From Veleropilina oligotropha (taxonomy: Eukaryota): a DNA stretch of 64,000 bases. The DNA lies in contig JBEUKZ010000137.1 in the NCBI GenBank assembly GCA_048128005.1, forward strand, positions 310,001 through 374,000, read 5' to 3'. Shown piece by piece: positions 60,072-64,000 of the stretch; position 1 is the first letter of the stretch, and each line of letters starts with the position of its first letter. The notes under the pieces are model-generated. The model searched no databases. It saw only the letters and a list, made by a program, of their open reading frames with translations, and had not been told where the DNA came from. The position numbers were made by a program, and so were the translations under genes.

Positions 60072-61286
60072 CCCTTTCATCACGGCAGCCCACTATAGCG
60101 GGCAGAAAATGCGGCACGTCGATTTACCCCAATCGACCCCAATCTAACCCCAATCGACCCCCTGTCAACTATAATATACATCCATAATGTGCACATTATG
60201 ATTTATTTAATTATATTAGGCCCAATTGCAATTGCGTACATCGTTTTTTAGTTCGCGGAAGTCGGGATCACAAATATTGAATTCGCGAAACGGTTCTAAT
60301 TACACGAACTAAATCCAACTGGTAGCATGCAAATATGATAAACAATACAAATATATAATGAATTATGTTATCTTTATTTTGTAATAATTATTTTTATTGT
60401 GCTAAATAGTGTCCTTGTCGGTTCCGTTGTGTGCGCAAATCGCAATCGTTTGACGATGCCGCTCCGAAAGCGTTTCACGGCGCCGTTCAACAATACGGCA
60501 CATTTTATATCTCACATTGAATGCCCGATCAGGGCTTGAAGCCGCGTCATGGGCAAATATATAAGACATGGAGGTTTTAGTAGTTTTCTACACAACAGTG
60601 ACAATGCTTATTCACTATCGCGTATCTAATTAAAATAAAATATCTTAATCGGCTGTTGCTATTATATTGATATAGGTACGTTGCTGCATACTTGAGGTCG
60701 ATTGGGGTTCGATTGGGGTCGATTGGAGTCGATTGGGGTAAATCGACGCACCCCAGAAAATGAGGTCACCTTTCACCACGGCAGCCCGCTATAGTGGGCT
60801 ATGACGTTAAACAACATTATTGTCTTATTTCTACTGTATTCTGGCCAAAAGAGAGTCACATTTCATCTGTATTTACAATGCAACTAATAGTAATAATGAT
60901 ATATAATTAATTTTGAAAGTTACTGTTCGTTTATTCAATGTTTTATCTAAATTGTATTCATAAAATAATTATTTATGCAAGTGGCCAACTAACAAATATG
61001 AAAAATGTACCTAAATCATTTAAATGACGTCATTATTTCATAAATATATATCTACCTCATCTCATATGTAATTAAGTTAGTGAGTAAAACATATCAGCTA
61101 AATTAATATACTTATAAATTTAAAGATCCCCATTATATCCCAATCATAAAATATGTAGTTTTTCATAAAGGTATTTAATGGAAACTGTTGATATCAAATA
61201 AGATATACGATAAATTTGTCTGGAATTCAGCCAACATATTCAGTGTGTATGACTATTGTTCTCTGGAATACTCAGTGATGAAAGAG
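60072..61286. mobile_element. piggyBac-like non-autonomous element
   Basis: TTAA on both sides; TIR CCCTTTCATCAC / GTGATGAAAGAG. Confidence 0.8.
60112..60753. mobile_element. Shorter, inverted member of the CCCCAATCGA MITE family, nested in the piggyBac-like element
   Basis: Shares sequence with 30390-31580 in reverse orientation and is flanked by CAGAAAATG direct repeats. Confidence 0.85.
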
Positions 61287-61992
61287 TTAACCACCACGTT
61301 TACCTTTTTTACACCCAAAGACAGACGCTGTTACAGCATTAGGGACAAATGATACATGTACATTTTCTCCACAATGAAAAGCTCAGATTGATTAATATTA
61401 GTATCTTAGTTATAATACAATATGAACACAAACAAAATGTCTGTTCCACACTTGCAGAAAATTCTGTAACATATTCATGAGACTGTAGAAAATAATAAAC
61501 ATACTAGTATAATATATATATCTTGCATCGAAATTCGGAATGTATCGAAAATATTTAAATAGAATTGTTTAGTTTGGTGCTACTGCCTTTAATGTGTACG
61601 ATACCCAGAACATATGAATTATGATTCGACCACAATGGTTAAATGGGTATTATGAATCAATGGGCTGGACCATTGATCTCAACAGCAAACAATCAAATGT
61701 CAGAATTTTTTTCAAATTCTGCTTTCAACTAGGTAGACTTTCTCTCGATCTTCCATAAAGTAAAAGTATATCCATCGATAACAAGAAAATAATTCACATA
61801 CAATGAATTTTGTATGCATCAGGTATGTTGGTTTTCAATGAATTATAATTACATATGGCTGTTTTGACATTTGCATACACTGTAAAACTTCCTTTCTCTG
61901 ACTGAGAGGTCGCATTTTTTTTCACTTTTTAAATTTTGTGACCTACCATCGAAGGACTGAGGGTTAAACTTGATTTAGCAGATTCAATTTCG

Positions 61993-62581
61993 GGTCCGTG
62001 TGACACTTGACAATTCAGCTTTCCATCTTAATTATTCACCATGGAAAGCTCGAAAGTACAACATTAATTTTAACTTCTTACTTCCATGTACAGTTTTAAA
62101 AGATGGAAAGCTCAAAAGCCAATTATTATCGTTTTAATCTTCTAACTTTCCAACTATGTTTTACAACACCGAATAATGGTAACGAACCCTGCTGACTAAC
62201 ACTGAACCTAATGCCCATGGAATATATGCCGAACCCTAAACTGTGTATATTCCATGGGCATTAGGGTCAGTGTTAATAAGCAGGGTTCGTTACTATTATA
62301 ATATTTTCACGTGATTCTTACGTGAAGTGCTTGCCTGGAAAATTGCGACGGAGGTTAAAAAAGTTGAAGACCAATACAAATATCATAATGAATGTTGGAA
62401 GCAATTACATCTTTCTCTGTTTTATGTTTCAAACCAAAGTTGAAAAGATAGATGAACACGACGACGAGCTTTTGAGTTTTTCATCTTTAAAAGTGTACAT
62501 GGAATGATGGAAGTAAGAATTTAAAAGTAATGTTGTGCTTTCGAGCTTTCCATCGATGAAATGCCAAGTGTCACACGAACC
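61993..62581. mobile_element. Long-TIR MITE with a nested ~127-bp palindrome (62173-62299)
   Basis: GGTCCGTGTGACACTTG..ATGGAAAGCTCGAAAG / CTTTCGAGCTTTCCAT..CAAGTGTCACACGAACC. Confidence 0.7.
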
Positions 62582-63276
62582 ATTAAGCCGTATCACTACG
62601 TCTAGCATGTCGGTAACCTTTGGAATATTAAACCATTAATTTATCCGGTCAGAGCTCATATCCCGCTCATATTTATCCCGGTACTGATAACGACTACACT
62701 GTAACACTGTAAGCAGCAAGTCAGCTGTCAACAACAAAAGGAATATGTTTTAAATTATATAATTAATTATTTCCGCAAATCTACTTCATAAAAATTAAGT
62801 ACTGTCAAGGTAGAATACTCACCTACATTTTTATGCAATTTACACGCCCAACTCAGCTATTATTCCGGCATAACATTGAGGTTTATATATCTAAATATAA
62901 CATCAATCAGCTGAAAAAATTGCTGCGCCATATTTCTGACGTCACTAGAGATATATTAATTTCCAACGTCAAAGAATGGCTATTTATATCGATCCCCTTT
63001 GAGGCCGTACCGCTGGGGTTCACAATCGAACATCGCGGCACCGCGTTCAATGGCGATAATGTGTTTTGTGATGTTTTAAAATGCCATTGGACGCACTGTT
63101 ATTGCAAAACGGTGGACTCGTGTATGCTTGAAAGACTGATCGAAATATAACCTGCTCACGATATATAGACCACACTATAGCACCAGATTCAGAAATTTTA
63201 AACAGCTGAAAATAATATACAGTCATAATAAATACAAATAAACATTATTCAAGCATAAATTTTATTATAATTTTGA

Positions 63277-63521
63277 GGGAGGGAGGAATTATGCTTAATA
63301 TCCTGTATATTTACAGCATCGAGGTTCAAGGCAGGACATGTCCGTGTTATCGCGGGAGGAAACCCCGGTCGCCCGGGTAAACCTGCCCTCTTCGGTCAGT
63401 CACGGACAACTGTGATTCATAACTTGAACAAATTTCAATGCCTCAGCCAGGTATTGAACCCACTACTGTTCGCATTAGCGGAATCAAGCCAGTGAATTTA
63501 GAGTGGACTGCCGAAGCGGCC
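63277..63521 (-). mobile_element. tRNA-derived SINE (same family as 30138-33103)
   Basis: High similarity to 30138-30370; 12-bp TSD TTATAATTTTGA. Confidence 0.88.
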
Positions 63522-64000
63522 TTATAATTTTGAAACCTCATACTTTTCAAAAATTTGATATCGTCAAATGCATGACTACAATACAAGAAAAAAAGAATAT
63601 TTATGATATTGTAAGACATGGCACAAATTATTACACGTTTTTCTATCAAATGTCAATGTCCAATTATCTGGAATAAGCTCGACGATGACATGAAAACAAT
63701 AAATATTTTATTTCATTAAAACGAAAAGTAAATTACAAACTTTTAAAAACTATGATCAAACTAATTAATTATGCAAATTACTGTTTGATAAATATTTATT
63801 TCATGCAGTACCCTATCGTCACGTTACTTTATCATCCTTTATCATGCATATAATTATATTATATAGGCGTAGGCGCATTTCACAATAACTATTTAGACCT
63901 ATGTACAGGTCTAATTCATTTATACCTAATAGATATTTTATTATTATAAAATTGACTAAAAGCATTGCAACACACACAATACTGAATAACTTGTATTTGG

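Overview
Eukaryotic (metazoan, probably marine invertebrate) genomic DNA, AT-rich and repeat-dense. The left half (about 8.4-28.4 kb) carries nine minus-strand coding exons of a PHTF-family gene, which runs off the left edge. Its introns are filled with minisatellites, Helitron/Helentron-type elements, MITEs, SINEs and a Penelope fragment. The right half (35.3-59.2 kb) is a four-level nest. A dispersed repeat is interrupted by a 5'-truncated L1/Tx1-type LINE of about 1.26 kb, which is itself interrupted at three ATAT sites by three co-oriented DIRS1-type tyrosine-recombinase retrotransposons. Copy A is intact; copies B and C have broken ORFs but near-perfect ITR/ICR ends. Removing B and C restores an uninterrupted 295-aa LINE ORF2 segment. 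Top leads: (1) a CCC-UAG-G junction, present in all three DIRS copies, where gag is in frame with the long YR ORF and the RT ORF is in the +1 frame, a candidate dual readthrough/+1-frameshift site with a downstream RNA structure; (2) a conserved ~290-nt non-coding, apparently structured block in the DIRS 3' region; (3) the apparent clustering of DIRS insertions in one LINE; (4) a Penelope hammerhead-like motif with a G3-C8 core swap. All family assignments come from motif recognition by eye; no database searches were run.
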